Source: Dictyostelium discoideum (Eukaryota). From it: a stretch of 64,000 nt of DNA. Location: positions 3,680,001 through 3,744,000 of the forward strand of contig CM000153.2 of NCBI GenBank assembly GCA_000004695.1, in the 5' to 3' direction. The notes under the pieces are model-generated. The model saw only the letters and a list, made by a program, of their open reading frames with translations. It did no database searches and was not told the DNA's origin. Position numbers and translations under genes: made by a program. The first letter of the stretch is position 1. Each line of letters begins with the position of its first letter. Below, piece by piece: positions 63,753-64,000 of this stretch.

Positions 63753-64000
63753 TATAGAAAAATAATATATCTTGTTATAAAAAAACTAATAATTCCCAAA
63801 AAATGCGCTCAAAAAAAAAAAAAAAAATAAAAAAAAATAAAAAAATAAAAAAAAATAAAATTTTAAAAAAAAAAAAAAAAAAAAAATTTTTAAAAAAAAA
63901 AAGAAAAAGAAAAACCCCCCCCCCCAAACCCCTTTTGTAATAATGATAACCTGAACCTTGAAAATAATACCCGCATTGAAAAAATCCCCAAATTTACCGG

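Noticed and set aside
63917-63935. A C10/A3/C4 run near the window end in otherwise AT-rich DNA.
   Set aside because: It is isolated and close to the window end, so possibly a low-quality or contig-edge sequence. No feature can be supported.

Overview
This window is a 64-kb stretch of very AT-rich (about 20-25% GC) eukaryotic nuclear DNA. Its hallmarks are those of a dictyostelid social amoeba, most likely Dictyostelium discoideum. Genes are compact and have short AT-rich introns with GTAAGT/GTATGT donors and (T)nAG acceptors. Several first exons are tiny, 3 to 15 nt. Coding regions are interrupted by long poly-Asn, poly-Gln and poly-Thr tracts ((AAT)n, (CAA)n). One gene is built from FNIP repeats. 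There is a DdCAD-1-like adhesion gene. tRNA genes are flanked by tRNA-targeting non-LTR retrotransposons of the TRE3 type.

I support about 30 protein-coding genes, most of them multi-exon; splice junctions were derived by hand from frame continuity. Recognisable homologues are:
- CCDC22
- GlcNAc-1-phosphotransferase alpha/beta (Stealth CR1-4 plus Notch repeats)
- a DdCAD-1 paralogue
- a TPT/SLC35-type transporter
- SRP68
- carboxypeptidase Q
- a DUF1294 protein
- a TPR protein
- the Brix protein RPF1
- a GNAT acetyltransferase
- an N-BAR protein
- gamma-tubulin complex protein GCP2/Spc97
- DNA primase small subunit
- roadblock/LC7 dynein light chain
- a GPR107/108-like 7TM protein
- a BTB-TLDc protein
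- an FNIP-repeat protein
- a polyproline/WH2-like protein
- a partial LisH protein at the left edge

Two near-identical intron-containing tRNA genes lie in inverted orientation at 30.36 kb and 37.2 kb. They bracket a roughly 6.7-kb nest of TRE3-like retrotransposon copies and 3'-end fragments, which contains two 100-N assembly gaps.

The most unusual gene is at 50680..53595. It encodes a voltage-sensor-like domain with a textbook arginine-ladder S4 helix (S1-S4), two further transmembrane helices, and then a DH-PH RhoGEF module. It looks like a candidate voltage-coupled Rho GEF.

Other points of note are two paralogous small genes with 13-nt first exons and HssA-like N-termini, an ~80-bp dispersed repeat of unknown class, a 56-bp tandem repeat, perfect palindromes in intergenic DNA, and a secreted Cys-rich gene broken by a stop/frameshift. 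All identifications rest on reading the translated sequence and recalling protein families; none has been checked against a database.
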